Of a stretch of 62,000 bases of DNA, positions 39,829-53,084 are shown one piece after another. Origin of the DNA: Chiloscyllium plagiosum (lineage: Eukaryota); NCBI RefSeq assembly GCF_004010195.1, contig NC_057719.1, forward strand, positions 62,064,079-62,126,078, given 5' to 3'. Both the position numbers and the translations under genes were made by a program. Each line of letters opens with the position of its first letter. Position 1 is the stretch's first letter. The notes below the pieces were generated by a model. That model had not been told where the DNA came from. It ran no database searches and saw nothing but the letters and a program-made list of their open reading frames with translations.

Positions 39829-40422
39829 CTTATTACAACTGTATAAAGTGATGGTGAGACTATCTGGAGTATTGTGAGCAGTCTTGGTCCCTTTATTTCA
39901 GGAAAATCACCATTTCAGTGGAGATGGTGACTAAGGTTCACTAAGGTAATCCCTGGAATAGATGTATTGTTTTATGGGCAAAGACTAAACAGGTTGGGAC
40001 TCTACTCACTAGAGTTTAGAAGGATGAGAGGTGATCTCATTGAAACAAGAGAATTATTAAGGGATTTGGTAGGTTAAATGCTGAGAGGATGTTTCCTCTC
40101 ATGGAAGAGTCGAAGGCCAGAAGGGATGGTCTCAGAATAAAGGGATGCTAATTTAAGGCTGAGATGAGGAAAATTTCTTCTCTCAGAGGGTTTTAGGTCT
40201 TTGGAACTCCTTGCCATAAACAGCTGTGGAACAGAGTCCTTGTGTATATTTAAGGCTGAGATACATTCTTGATCAGTAGGGAATGAAGGTTATCGGGAAA
40301 GGGCAAGAAAGTGGGCATGAGGAAAGTTGGATCAACCATGATCCAATTGTTTGATGGAGCAGGCTCGAGGGGCTGAATGGCCTACTCTCCTTCCTCTTTC
40401 TTACAGTCTAATGGTCTTATAC
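39829..40422 (+). mobile_element. CR1 LINE 3' fragment
   Basis: LGLYSLEFRRMRGDLIET..., WNSLP, tail GGGGCTGAATGGCCTACTC. Confidence 0.88.
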
Positions 40423-42491
40423 TTACTGAGGTGTGCAGTGAAGAATTGTGTGAGATAAATTCAGAGCAAGCGGAGAGAAGATCTTCAAGAAACTCCCCGA
40501 AATTGCTTCTTAGCTGATGTTTAGATAATTCAGCGCAATACTTCAGTGCTCACTCAAGGTATCAGGGAAAAAAAGGCAAAAAAAAATGGACAAGTAAGGA
40601 AATGATATTTCAAAACACGTAACCTGGTTACAAAAACTGCCGGATGCTGATGATAGGAGAGTTTGTTCCACCCTGCTCCTCCTCTCCTCCACTGAGTGTG
40701 ACTTTATAAAAATTAATATTATTTTCAAAAGTAGATGAGGAAGCAAATTATGATCACTCGCCAATTTTTAATCAGCATGGTTAGTTATAAAATTAAGCTG
40801 GAGTCGTTTTTGGAACAAGAGGTCAGTGCTAATTAAATAATTTAAATAATGGATAAGTAATCCCCTCACATTCCCTTGCACTCTTTTACGAGAATTCACA
40901 ATTGCTCTATTTATAACGTGTTATGGCAGAAAGCAGAGCTGGATGGGCTGAAGTCCAAGCTTCATTTGTCTCTGTATAATTTGCTTTCTGCTGACAGCCT
41001 ATGAAAGATGCCAACTTTGCAAGTACATGTTTACCCATTTATGTTGCTTATCTGTACCTGAAGAGTTCCATGTGGGTACGCTTTGAGGAGAGGGTGAGAA
41101 TGAGTTTATTAACTCGGTGGTTTTCAAGAATGAGATGAAATATGATGTAAAGAGAGAGTTATCAAATGCTGTATAAGAAAGAAGTTTTAGACAATAACTT
41201 AGCTACTGATCTGCCTGTGTTCTGGCCTGCATCCAAATCAGCCTCAGCTAAAGTCCTACCTCTAAGTAAGGATTTAGTATAGCCTGACAGCCATTCAAAA
41301 TATGCTAATTCAGACAGATTTGAGGTGTTGGAATTCTTGTTTCATGTAATGAACAAGTTTTAAATATGAGTTTATTGCAAGCAGGCATTTTCTTTTCTAA
41401 ATCAGATACTTGAGAGTGCTTTAATCCTGGGTTATAGCACTGAAGTTACAGTGCCAGAAAAAAAAGCGAATGACAATACCAGTTTACTTTCTCTTCAGTT
41501 TGACTTCAGGCATTTTGATTCTCAGTTAATTTTCAGTGAAATGCTCCTTTCGACACCTCCGCAATGGTTTATTTATGACAGATGAAACCAGAATTATTAA
41601 TGTTTCCATCATGTTGTGAAACTGCACCATCCAATGGGAACAGTGTAACTGACAAATAACCTCATCAATCTTTCCCAAGGTGTCATTCTATTTGCTTGTG
41701 TGGAATCTATCAGAGTTGTCCTGCAAGTTTGCCATCAATACTCAAACCATTGACCTTGGAGGGTCTCCCAGGGCTGATGCAGTGCTTATTGCTTCACAAT
41801 TTCTTTCAGGATTCAGAATATTTATTGGCATGCCGGTTGCATTTTACTGCATTGAATCTCTTTCAATAATTGATCACCGATTAGCTAAAGAATCTTCCCT
41901 CCCCACACCATCACTACCATTTGAACTGAGCAAAATATTGTCTTCTTCAGTTATTCCAAAAACAGCAGTCACCTCTTTGTTCCGTGCTGGAGTTGACTGA
42001 TGACTTACACTCTTTGCTTGCTGCAATTAATTTGAGTTTCATTTCAAGCATTCAAACAGATTTTGCCTGCATTTTGCCTGCCACTTCAGTTCAGTGTGGG
42101 AGACATAAATGAGGAGTAATTAAAATAACTGCTTTCCTTTTCTCACATTGAATTTCACTTTTGAAGTACAGAATCCACATGTTAATATCAATAACACAGC
42201 TATGACATGCCATGAGTAATTTGGGATGGCAATTATTTTCGGTGATATTCTGTGCAGTGAAAAACCACTGATACTTATTTGTCAACCCCCGCACTCTATC
42301 CCTGCAGTCAAATTCATAGGAAGCTTCATAATATCTTTCTCATATGGTGTTCTTACTGTATCTCAACTTCAGCTGACCCATTAGCTGACAGCCTAGGTAC
42401 CAGCTTGTAAAATGGGTAAATGAGTCCTGCCTGAACCTAAGATACAATGCATTTAAAATACAATGCACCAAAAGCTGCTTTTCTAATGGAT

Positions 42492-42666
42492 ATTAGTCAT
42501 GATTCAGAGATGCCGGTGTTGGACTGGGGTGTACAAAGTTAAAAATCACACAACACCAGGTTATAGTCCAACAGGTGATTGCCTGATGAAGGAGCGTCGC
42601 TCCGAAAGCTAGTGTGCTTCCAATTAAACCTGTTGGACTATAACCTGGTGTTGTGTGATTTTTAAC
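42492..42666. mobile_element. Family A fold-back Penelope-derived insertion with 12-bp TSD
   Basis: Perfect 42-bp inverted repeat 42535-42576 / 42628-42669; TSD TTTCTAATGGAT at 42480-42491 / 42667-42678. Confidence 0.9.
42580..42614 (+). ncRNA. Minimal hammerhead ribozyme (family A)
   Basis: UGC-CUGAUGA-A-GGAGC.GUC.GCUCC-GAA-AGCU-A-GUG; perfect stem II, wobble stem I. Confidence 0.85.
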
Positions 42667-44044
42667 TTTCTAATGGATGACATCCATCGCTGAACACAAA
42701 GATCTCAGATAGCCAGCTACCCACTGCCAATACCTTTCCCAGCCCAACCACCCCAGAAGTGAATTGAAACTAGCAACCAGATAAACACATGAAAAACCAC
42801 CAATCATTGGAAATCCTGACAAACTTAGTTTTGTATGTAGGGGCCCCGTGAAATGAAAATAAACTGTGAAACATCTACTTTTTGATTGATTATTCAGATT
42901 ACCCATCTCTTATTATTTTCTGGGCATTTTCTTTTCAAATCATGGTAGGTCAATGTGGTGAAACACAATGCCTTTTCCACTCTGTCACTCAGTGCGGACG
43001 TCAATTATTACCAAGCGCAGACTTAGTTTTAACTCAAAACAAAGTGAAGTAATCTCTGCCATTGAAACTACCTCAATATTAGCAAAGCATACTACAATAT
43101 TAAAAGCGTTCTTTATTGAAATTCCTTATCTGTTATTCTGCTGTCAACCCTGCTGCCTCAGCGCTTACTAACTCCCATGCTCATTCTAGTCAACTGTCTT
43201 ATTATCCATATTTTTCAATTGTATTTGTACTTAACTCCTCTGTCTGTTTACAGTTACTTTATCTGCATCAATGACCATGGTCTTCTTCAACCTGTATCAT
43301 TTAGGCCTCTGTTGATGCCCAAAATATTTTGGACTTACCCAAAATTTTCTTGAATGGGACAGAATTAATTCCAACTAAATACTGTAAAGGGAGAAGTCAT
43401 TACTTTGCATTCTTGCCATTTACACCATCACTTCCTCAGATGAGTCGATCAGGCTTTGCATAGAATTTAACCCAGAGCTGACCTTGAAACCCACCACCCT
43501 ATTCAAACCAAGGTCATCAACCTCCACCTCTGTCCTTACCTTCCCGCAAAAATTCTGATCCTGACTTTTCCAACACTCTACTTACCAACCTTTCCACCTT
43601 CATTCTCCTAAAACCTCCATTCATTCAAAATTCCTTCTTGTCTACTCTGTCTTATATTAAAACCATTCACCCATTGACTCCAGTTTGCTGATGCAAATCA
43701 GTTTCTCATAACAAGTGTATTATGATTTAAATTCTTCTCATCATTAACTAATCCTTGCATGGGCACTTTCCTGTTCACCCCTAGAAACATGTACTATTTT
43801 ATATCTGGTACCTTCTGGTCCTCATATTCCAAAATCCCAATTCTTAACTCCTCCTTGAGTGGCAGCACTTCTCGATTATTTTAACAGTTTCCACAAAAAA
43901 AAGTCACTTTGCCTAATCCTTTGGTCATCTCTTCCTTCTCGCATGCCAAGTGTAAATGTCTGCTTCATTTCTGCTTTATGAAGCTTGTAAAGGTTGTGTT
44001 TCAATGTTAAAAGTTGTGTCAAGTAGTTGGCCTTATTGTAAATT

Positions 44045-44345
44045 CTATGGGGGATTTTAAAACAAGGGGCACATTTATAAGGTGAGGGGAGAGAGATTTA
44101 AAAAAAGACTTAAGAGGTGAATCTTTTACACTGAGGGTGGCTCGCATGTGGAATAAGTTGCTGGAGGGAGTGATGAATGTGGGCATAATTGCAAAATTTA
44201 AAAGACATTTGAATAACTACATGACTAGGAAAGTTTGAAGGGATATGGGCCAGGAGCAGACAGGTAGGAATAGTTTATTTTGGATTGAGGTTTGACATGG
44301 ACTGAAGGGTCTGTTTCCGTGCTATATAACTCTATAGCTCTACGA
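44045..44345 (+). mobile_element. CR1/HER1 3' fragment
   Basis: HER1 ORF2 end and tail. Confidence 0.85.
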
Positions 44346-44986
44346 TAGTTGCAATGTCTATCCGGATTTGTATTTATGCTAATTTAATTGCCGATGTCCA
44401 AGGATAGAGTTGAATATGGCCAAGTATTCAATTATATTTCATCAATCCAGAGAGATGCCATAGTTCCCCAAGGCAACATTAATTATTTGCTTTAATTATT
44501 CCAGGGATTTTATTTCCAACATCTTTCCTCGAAATGACTTGCAATGACAAGGGATTTTTTTTCTCCCTGGTTTCCCTATTGCTAGTTTGAACTTGTTTTT
44601 TTTTGTCAGTTTCACTTCAAATGATATCCGACATTTTCATCTCTACATATTTACCTTAGCAGAGTTTCTCTCAGCCACTTTCTTGTGAGGTTAAGAAGGA
44701 TGCATTTCTTCAGTTTAACCTTTCTATCTGCACTTTTTTCCAGACTTACAAGTCTATGCTTCAATGACCGGATGGAACACATTACCCGAGTAAAGTCTGA
44801 CAAGTACACAATACTTTATAAGCATAACATTTCCTTTTTGTACTTATTAGTTCTGGTTATAAATGTAGTGTTCTGTATTCTTGGTTCAATTCTGCTCCAG
44901 AGTGACTGAATATTGGACTGTTTAAAACCCTCCACAGAGAATGCACGTTGTTAATATTTTCTTCCTAAGTATAATATTATATATTT

Positions 44987-45540
44987 ATAGAATCATAGAG
45001 TCATAGAGATGGACAGCATGGAAACAGACCCTTCAGTCCAACTTATCATTGCCGACCAGATATCCGAACGTAACCTAGTCCCATTTGTCAGCACTTGGCC
45101 GATATCCCTCCAAACCCTTCCTATTTATATACCCATCCACATGCCTTTTAAATGCTGTAATTGTACCAGCCTCCACAACTTCATTTGGCTGCTCACTCCA
45201 TACACGCACCACCCTCTGCATGAAAAAGTTGTCCCTTTGGTCCCTTCTATATCTTTCCCCTCTCACCATAAACCTATGTCTAGTAGTTCTGGATTTCCCC
45301 TCCCTGGGAAAAAAAGACCTTGTCTATTTGTCCTATCCATGCCCCTCATGATTTTATAAACCTCTACAAGGTCATCTCTCAGCCTCCGACCCACCAGGGA
45401 AAACAGCCCCAGCCTATTTGGCCTATCCCCATAACTCAAACCCTCCAACTCTGGCAACATCCTTGTGAATCTTTTCTGAACCCTTTCAAGTTTCACAACA
45501 TCCTTCCTAGAGCTGGGAGACCAGACTTGCACACAATATT
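44987..45540 (-). mobile_element. CR1/HER1 3' fragment
   Basis: VWSPSSRKDVVKLERVQKRFTRMLP...DLVEVYKIMRG. Confidence 0.93.
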
Positions 45541-47139
45541 CCAGAAGTTATTTATATTCATTCAGGTTTTCCTGTCAGTGATGAACAAATGATGTCAACC
45601 ATAAATTACACTACCACCTGGTTTTGGATCAACAGTAGGATTCTGTACATTACCCTCTACAGGGTACCTTGGACCTGTGAAGATAGGAGAAACAAATGTC
45701 AGATCCTTAACCACAAACTTAAGGCTTCAGTTGAGGCAAGAAAATCAGAGCCAGGTGTCGATTTGAATGTGTATTCAATGTCAAATCATGCACGGAAATT
45801 AAAATAAAGGAAAAGGAAGATATTACTGACAGATATTACTGGAACTTTTCATTTTAAAAGTTCCAGAAATGCACATCATCTGCTAGAGGCCCTTTCTGAT
45901 TCTGTGGTATCCAGTCTCTGGTACAGAGTTCAAAGACTTCCTGAATTTAATTTAAATCAAGGACTAGAGAAAGCTATGTGTCGAGACTCCAAAAGACTAA
46001 GAAAATGTTAGCATTTAGAACCGAAGGCCTAGCTCAGGCACAATGGGCTGACTAGCCTCCATTGTGCTTCAAAGATCTATGGTTCTATTGGGGTTTTAGT
46101 TTCTATATCAGAGGTATGATTGATCTGCACAGCTGAGAGCTCACATTCCCTGAGGCAGCAATACAGATGAATACCCCAACAAATCCTTTCAGAAATCTTC
46201 ATGAAGAAGTGCAGGAAAAAAAGTCAGTCTGTTCCATAGGAACAGGAGTAAGTCATGAAGCACAGTGAGCCTGCCCCACCATTCAGTACAATGATTGTTG
46301 ATCAAATACTTCAGTGCCTTTTAACCACTGCATCCACATTACCCTGTCACGCCAATCAGAAATTGATCTCTCTCTCCTTAAACATTCTTTAAATTGTGTC
46401 CTCCCCAGAATTTTGGGGATGCTGAGAAGATGGCCACATCCATTGAAAGACACTCATAATATTTTTTTCACAGTGTCCTCACAACTCAGATCCCAGGCTG
46501 CATGTTGTGTGCAGAAGAAGGTACAGGTTATGGAGAGAAAAGCTCATCAAGTTGCAAGGAGGTGTATGCACTGCAAACAAAACAACAATCCTGTTCCTTT
46601 ATGAAATAAGTCACGAAAAGTCTTTTATATAAAAGATTGTTTGATCTTACTGCCAATTATACAATGAAAATTCAGCCTTTACAGTGGAGTTTTTGGTGCA
46701 CAAGAGGGTTAGCCATCAAAAGCACAAACAGAAGACCCATATATACTAGCTACGGTATGATTAGAGGACATTCATTACTATGTATTCACTATTAAATTTA
46801 CGGTTGACGTGTTTCAATGATATATTCAGTATCAATGACATTAAATTATACTTTACATCAATAGTGAGACTGAGACCAATTGCACTTTTAAAATCAATTT
46901 GTGATCCCTCAGCCCATTCAGGTTTTCTTTTACAATCTGTTTTATTTGCTTGCTGTGTTGTATATAGAAAGTCCAAGAGAGCACAAATGTGTATCAACCT
47001 TCAGTGGGTATATAAAATTATATTTAAAAGTAAAATACAGCTCCACTAGTTCCAGTAGGTCAAACTCCAAACACCAGAACAAATGGTATGAAAAAAATAT
47101 AAATTGTACACTTTATATCACATTTCATAATGCTGAATT

Positions 47140-47940
47140 CTTTCAGTTCCACACTCTGACTGGACTCCAGGATCGTAATTATTTCAGGAAGACTATGTGT
47201 GCCAGTTTGTGTTGAGACAGCTCTGAAGTATTTATTTAGCTTCTCTGCCATTTCTCTATTTTCTGTTATAAATTAATCTCTTCCTGTACTGGACCCATAT
47301 TTATACTTACTAATATTTCTTTTATTTTACAAATCTATCAAAGTTTCTATATTTTTCTTGCTCTTTTGCATTTATATTCTATCCTCTCTTTCATTATCAA
47401 TTTCTTGATCATCCTTTGCTGAATTGGAAAGTTCTCCCGATCATCAGTTTTTAAATTTATTCGACATTTTGTGAACTTTTTCCTTTGATGTAATACTACC
47501 TTTACCTTCCCTGTTTTTGCCTTAAAGGGATGCATTTTATTTGAAACCCAAACATTAATTCTTTAAATACTTGCCATTGGCCATTTACCATCAAATCCTC
47601 TCATGGATTTGTTTTCCCAATCCACCTCAGCCAATTTTCTCCTCACACTATCATAATTAGCTTCATTTAGATGTAAGGCACACTTTCAGATTAAACTATA
47701 TCTTTTCCAAACTTAATGGAAATCTCTATCATACCACTGTTGCCATTTCTTAAATGATATTTTACAATATGATTAACTAGCCCATTCAAATTGTGTGATC
47801 CATGGTCTGAAATAGCGTGTGGCCTGGTTGATTCATTAACTATTGTTCCAAGAAGCTATCTTAAAACACTTCAAAGAATTCTTTCTCCACAGCAATGATC
47901 CTCATAAAAGGATTTATTCCCTTTCTATGTAGGCATGCCC
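47140..47940 (-). mobile_element. Old CR1 ORF2 relic (EN-RT linker)
   Basis: MAEKLNKYF.., IKKLIMKERIEYKCK. Confidence 0.6.
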
Positions 47941-48031
47941 AAAATGATTGTACATCCTGATCTTCAAATCAGCAATATTCCTTCACATTATTCCATTCCA
48001 TTTCCTTTTTTGCCTATCCTTCCTAAATATC

Positions 48032-48848
48032 CATGATAAAAGACGTAAAATTGATGTGTATTATTATCATTTATGGAATTTGGATTTCAAAATAAAGGTA
48101 AATGGCTGTTGGCTACTAATGTGAAGGGTTTTCTTTATAAAACAAGATCAGGGAGTCCTTCTAGTAGAGTAATTACATTCAACACTTGGTATAAAATGTT
48201 TGATTGTAGACCCCATTGTATTAATGGAAAAGTTGATAACATTGTCTTTGGGACAAGAAGAATGAACCTTCAAGATCATTAGCTTTGTTCTCAGTTCTGA
48301 AGGATTAAGCAAACAGTTGAATTCTGTTCAGAAGACATTAGGGTTGAGTTCAACAACAAGTTTAATTTCTCTTCCAGGAGGAATTCAGGGAACTGGTCAT
48401 GTCAGCAGAAGGGTTTAGTTTATAAAGCTACCAAAACAAGAGAGCTTGTTATTCGAACTGAAAAAGTTTGGGCTGTCAGATTTGTGAAAGGTTCACAAAA
48501 GCTGACTTGGAAAGGGACTCATCAAATTATCTCCAAGTCCATGGCAAAGAAACTGTAAACAATCAGTTAAGTTGGAACTCTAAGTGTGTAATTGCTCTGG
48601 ACTTGACTATCTGTAATGAATATTGCAGGGAAGCGATTTTTGTTAGAGTTTTGAACCTTGCTAAGTGTATGGTTTACTTAATAAATACAAAACTTTAAAT
48701 TAACTTTTGTCTTGTTATTAAGTAAAACATGAAGCCTCATGTGGATATGTTTTAGTAACGAACTAGCACATTACCAACTAACAAAAAAGCTATCAAGCCA
48801 GCTTTCAGTCTGGGATCTCCAGTAAAATCATTAACTGGGATCATAACG
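48032..48848. mobile_element. Probable solo LTR (second family)
   Basis: Right end reverse-complements to CGTTATGATCCCAG (TGTTATGATCC-type start); no clear TSD. Confidence 0.45.
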
Positions 48849-49567
48849 ATTGGGACTTGTCTATGATTTCAATTTATTGTATTTAAGAGGTATTAGTGTG
48901 TCTTTAAAAGAAATGAGTTTGTGGAGGCACTTGAAATAAAGTAGGGGTGTTGGAGTGAAGTTTATTGCACATATTGCAAAGTTTCTGATACATGTAGAAA
49001 ACAGGTGAGGCTGGAGACGAAAATGTTATAATGAATGCTTTGTCAAGGGCACACGTGAAGGAATCTGAATCTGTGATCCAAATGGTCTTATGTAAAATAC
49101 GATTGTTCTGCAACTCATTCGGTTGTAAATATTTTACAGTATAATATAGAGATTGTGTTAGGAAGACCTCTTTGAAAGGAAATTAAACTGACTCATAGGC
49201 AGACATTTTCTTTTTCTTTGAGTTAGTTTTGAGGAAAGGTGAGTAATTTATACATATTTATATCATTTTTGGAATTTAGATCTCTTGTTTTGTTTATTTT
49301 TCTTTTGTGTAAACAAGCTAATTTATCCCCTCCACAATAACACTAGCAAATCTCCCCACAAGGGTTTTAGTCCCAACCCTGCAACAGTGTAATTAATTTG
49401 CCTTACATGGGCCCCCCTTGCATTGGAACCAGTCTCAATGCGCCAGAAATCTAAAGTCCTCCCTCCTGTACCATTTTCTCCAGCCAAGTTGTCATTTAAA
49501 CGACCTTTCAAATTTGACTTAACAAGCACATGGTACTGGGAGCAATCCTGTGAGGATTGCTTGAGGA

Positions 49568-50066
49568 TCAGAGAGTCATACAGCTCAGAAAGAGAACCTT
49601 TGGTCCAACTCATCCATGGGTACCAAGTTCCCAAAAATAAGCTAGTCCTATTTGTCTGCACTTGGCCCATATCCCTCTAAACCTATCCTATTCAGGTACC
49701 TGTCCAAATGTCATTCAAATGCTATAACTGAACCAGTATCTACCACTTCCTCAGGCAGTTGATTCCACATACAAACAACCCTCTGTGTGGAAAGGTTGTC
49801 CCTCGGTCCCTTTTAAATCTTTCTCCATTCACCTTAAAATTATGCCCTCTGGTTTTGAATTCCCCTACTTGAGGACATAAAACCACTTTATCTATGCCCG
49901 CCATGATTTTATTAACCTCTAAAAGTTCACCCCTTGACCTCCGATGCTGCAGTGAAAAATGTCCCAGCCTATCCAGCCTCTTAACTCAAACCATCCAGTC
50001 TGGGCAATATCTTTGTAAAACCTTTTCTGCACCCTTTCCAATATAATAATATCCTTCCTACAGCAG
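49568..50066 (-). mobile_element. CR1/HER1 3' fragment
   Basis: Reverse complement of the HER1 tail and ORF2 end. Confidence 0.88.
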
Positions 50067-50806
50067 GTTCTGCTTTTCATCTCTTGGCTAGCTCCCCAAA
50101 CTCTACTTTCAGGATCTCATCTCTTTTTCTACCCACAATCTGGACTCTGCACCTGACTGTTCATCCTCATTCAAAATTGTATCCTGTAACACTGTACCTT
50201 GGCACCAGAGAGGCAAAATATCCACATGCTATGCCATCATGGAAATCATCTGTCACTCTTGCCTTTCCACTCTTCCTTCAGCCACCCATGCAGATGAGCC
50301 CCTTACAGCTCCACCAGTTTGTCTCTCACCAAATTCCCCTGATGAACCATCATCCTCACCGGTATTCACAATAGAAATTTGTTGGTGAGTGACACAAACT
50401 CCGGGCATTTCTGATTTGCCTGAACTTTCTATACTGCCTCGTGATCACCCATTCACTCTCTGGATTTATTCTGAGGTGTGTCCACTTTATTAAATATGCT
50501 ATCCTCATAGCTCACAGCTGAGTCACTTCAGCCACTTTTTGAAATCTGGGGCTCACGTTTTTGCTTCTGAAGATATTTTGTGCACATATGATCGGCTCAG
50601 CTCCACCATTGCCCATAAGATACAGGATGTTCTAGCCTTGCACCCTTTTGTTTGGAATTATTTAGGAGGACTTGGGGAGCCTGTAGTTCCTCATTACTTT
50701 CTCCATGACAATGCCTTGGCTCATCAAATTCAGATTGTCGATCATTCAACACTATATCCTCCTGTAATATCAATTGTTGTGATCGTTTGAAATTTGGAAT
50801 TCCTGT

Positions 50807-51599
50807 TGTAATGATTGCAACTAGGTCAGCCAGCTGGATCTCATAGAATATGTGTTCCCTGATTGGTGCAGTTAATCTGGTTCAATCAGGGACCCCTGGC
50901 CGACGGGTATAAACAGGAGTGTCAGACATACCATAAAAACTAGCAGCAGGGGTAGGCTATCTGGCTCATTGAGTCTGCTCCGCCATTCAATAAGACCATG
51001 GCTGATAGTTTCATGGATTCAGCTCCACTTACCCCCTCACTCACTCTAACTCTTAATTGCTTTACTGTTCAAAAATCTATCTATCTTTGCCTTAAAAACA
51101 TTTAGCGAGCTAACCTCAACTGCTTCACTGGGCAGGGAATTCCACAGTTTCACAACCCTTTGGGTGAAGAAGCTCTTCCTCAACTCAGTCTTGAGACTTT
51201 GCCCACTAGTTCTAGGTTCACCTACCAGTGGAAACAACCTCCCTGTTTCTACCTTATCTATTCCCTTCATAGTTTTATATGTTTCTATAAGATTCCCCAG
51301 CCACTCCCAACCAATTCTTCTAAATCCCAATGAGAATAGTCCCAGTCTACTCAATCTCTCCTCATAAGCCAAACCTCTCAATTCCAGAATCATCCTAGTG
51401 ACCTCCTTTTCACCCCATCCAGATCCAGTACATCCCTTCTCAAGTGAGGAGACCAAAACTGAATGCAGTACCCCAGGTGTGGAACTTCCAGTTGACTCTG
51501 AGAGCTGGCTCTGTGGAAACTGGATCAGTATCAAGGATTTTGCACATGTAAATAAAGGGTGACTTGGTGTTGGGATACCAGCTTTGTGGAGTTGGTTCA
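50807..51599 (+). mobile_element. Short solo LTR split by a CR1 insertion
   Basis: TG start, CA end, TATAAA (~50908), AATAAA (~51551); perfect 5-bp TSD CCTGT (50802-50806 / 51600-51604). Confidence 0.8.
50927..51482 (-). mobile_element. CR1 3' fragment
   Basis: YEERLSRLGLFSL...FFTQRVVKLWNSLP..FKAKIDRFL. Confidence 0.92.
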
Positions 51600-52169
51600 C
51601 CTGTGTTGTTCTAATGAGTCCAAGGTGAAATGCTTCCACAACATTTCTTCTCTTTTCAACAAAATTGAAGTTCTATATGAACAAGAGAAAGCACTTCACT
51701 CTTTTCCCTTCATCTGTCTTCACCTTCTGTATATCCCGGATACAAATATTCATCTGTCAAAAGAGCAGATGGAGTAACTTTAATCCTCTGAGAATTTAGT
51801 TTTATTTTTCTTTCCCAAACCCTTTCTTGGATATTGTACTTAAATTTGTGTGAGGGGCTCTCTAGGTCATTTTTGTTTCCCAAAATTGTCATTCTTAATA
51901 AGAAGAGTTCATAGCAAGGGAACACTAAAGCCAACTGAAACAGCCTCATGCTTCCAAACAGCATTTGATAAAGTGCCACATAATAGGTTATTATGCAAGG
52001 AGAGCATACAGTGTTGTGGATGGCATATTATGATGGATGGAGAACTAATGAACAATCTGCAAACAGAGATTCAAGATAAAGGAATAATTTTTGAGGTGGC
52101 AACTGAAGCAATGGAGTGCCAACAATCCTGGAGTGTCAACATATTATAATCTATAAAGATAAGGTCATC

Positions 52170-52365
52170 ATAATCCGAGAGAACCACTGGGCTGCTCTCT
52201 CATTAGAAACAACTGGTGGTAAGTTTAACCTGAGGATCAACACAACTCAGGTAAGGGGCAAGGTTGAGAAGACAGGACTTTCATGGTAACCTCAGCCAGT
52301 ATAGGAATTGAACCCATGCTATTGGCATCATTCCACAGCACAAAACAACTGCCCAGCCAAATGAA
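52170..52365 (-). mobile_element. tRNA-derived SINE relic (non-HE1)
   Basis: Minus strand B-box GGGTTCAATTCC followed by GGCTGAGGTTACCATGAA. Confidence 0.6.
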
Positions 52366-52436
52366 ATGGGACCATCTTAATTCTGATGGAGATGGAAAAA
52401 TGACAAGAATTTGGTTGTATCACCACCTCACCTAAT

Positions 52437-53025
52437 TGTTATGGACCAGGCCAGACCTCCTCAAATCATTTTAACAAGGTAACCTAGACCTTAACTTTTC
52501 TAAGCAGACTTGTTTTCAGCAGATGTAATATGAAAACCCACTCAGTTTTCAACAAAATGGAATTTATTTACTCACGAATAAAGGCAAGTTGAATTGAGAA
52601 TGATATAACTATTTGAAACCCAATCAACACAAAAACACAACTTAACAAAGAGCAGTTCTAATTTCCTGCAACATCCCATAATCACCCCCTTGGCAAAAAG
52701 GTAAATTCAAACACAGGTTCTTACAGGAAAGAGATTCAGAGAGGAGGAGGATTGGCATGGAACTGTTTCTTTGGGTCCCCAGCTAAAACTAAGCCAAAAC
52801 TAGAAAATAAAACACTGAACTAGGAGAACTGGCCACTCAACTTGCATTGTGCAAGTGTGTGTTTTTACAAAGAGCTGAAAGCCTTTTCTGATTGTTGACT
52901 TAGGCAGCATCTGGTAGCCATCATTAAAGTAGCCAATTCAGACATTTTGGCACCTCTGCCTTTACGATCCCTCTTGAAAAAAACCAAGGACAAAATAACC
53001 TTATTAAAGGAGCAGCATCATCACA
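52437..53025. mobile_element. Solo LTR, 589 bp
   Basis: TG...CA termini; perfect 5-bp TSD CTAAT (52432-52436 / 53026-53030); homologous to 28312-28893. Confidence 0.88.
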
Positions 53026-53084
53026 CTAATGAAGGACCATTCCTGCCTAAAAGCTCACCAACTCTGGGAGCAGAAGTTCCACCC

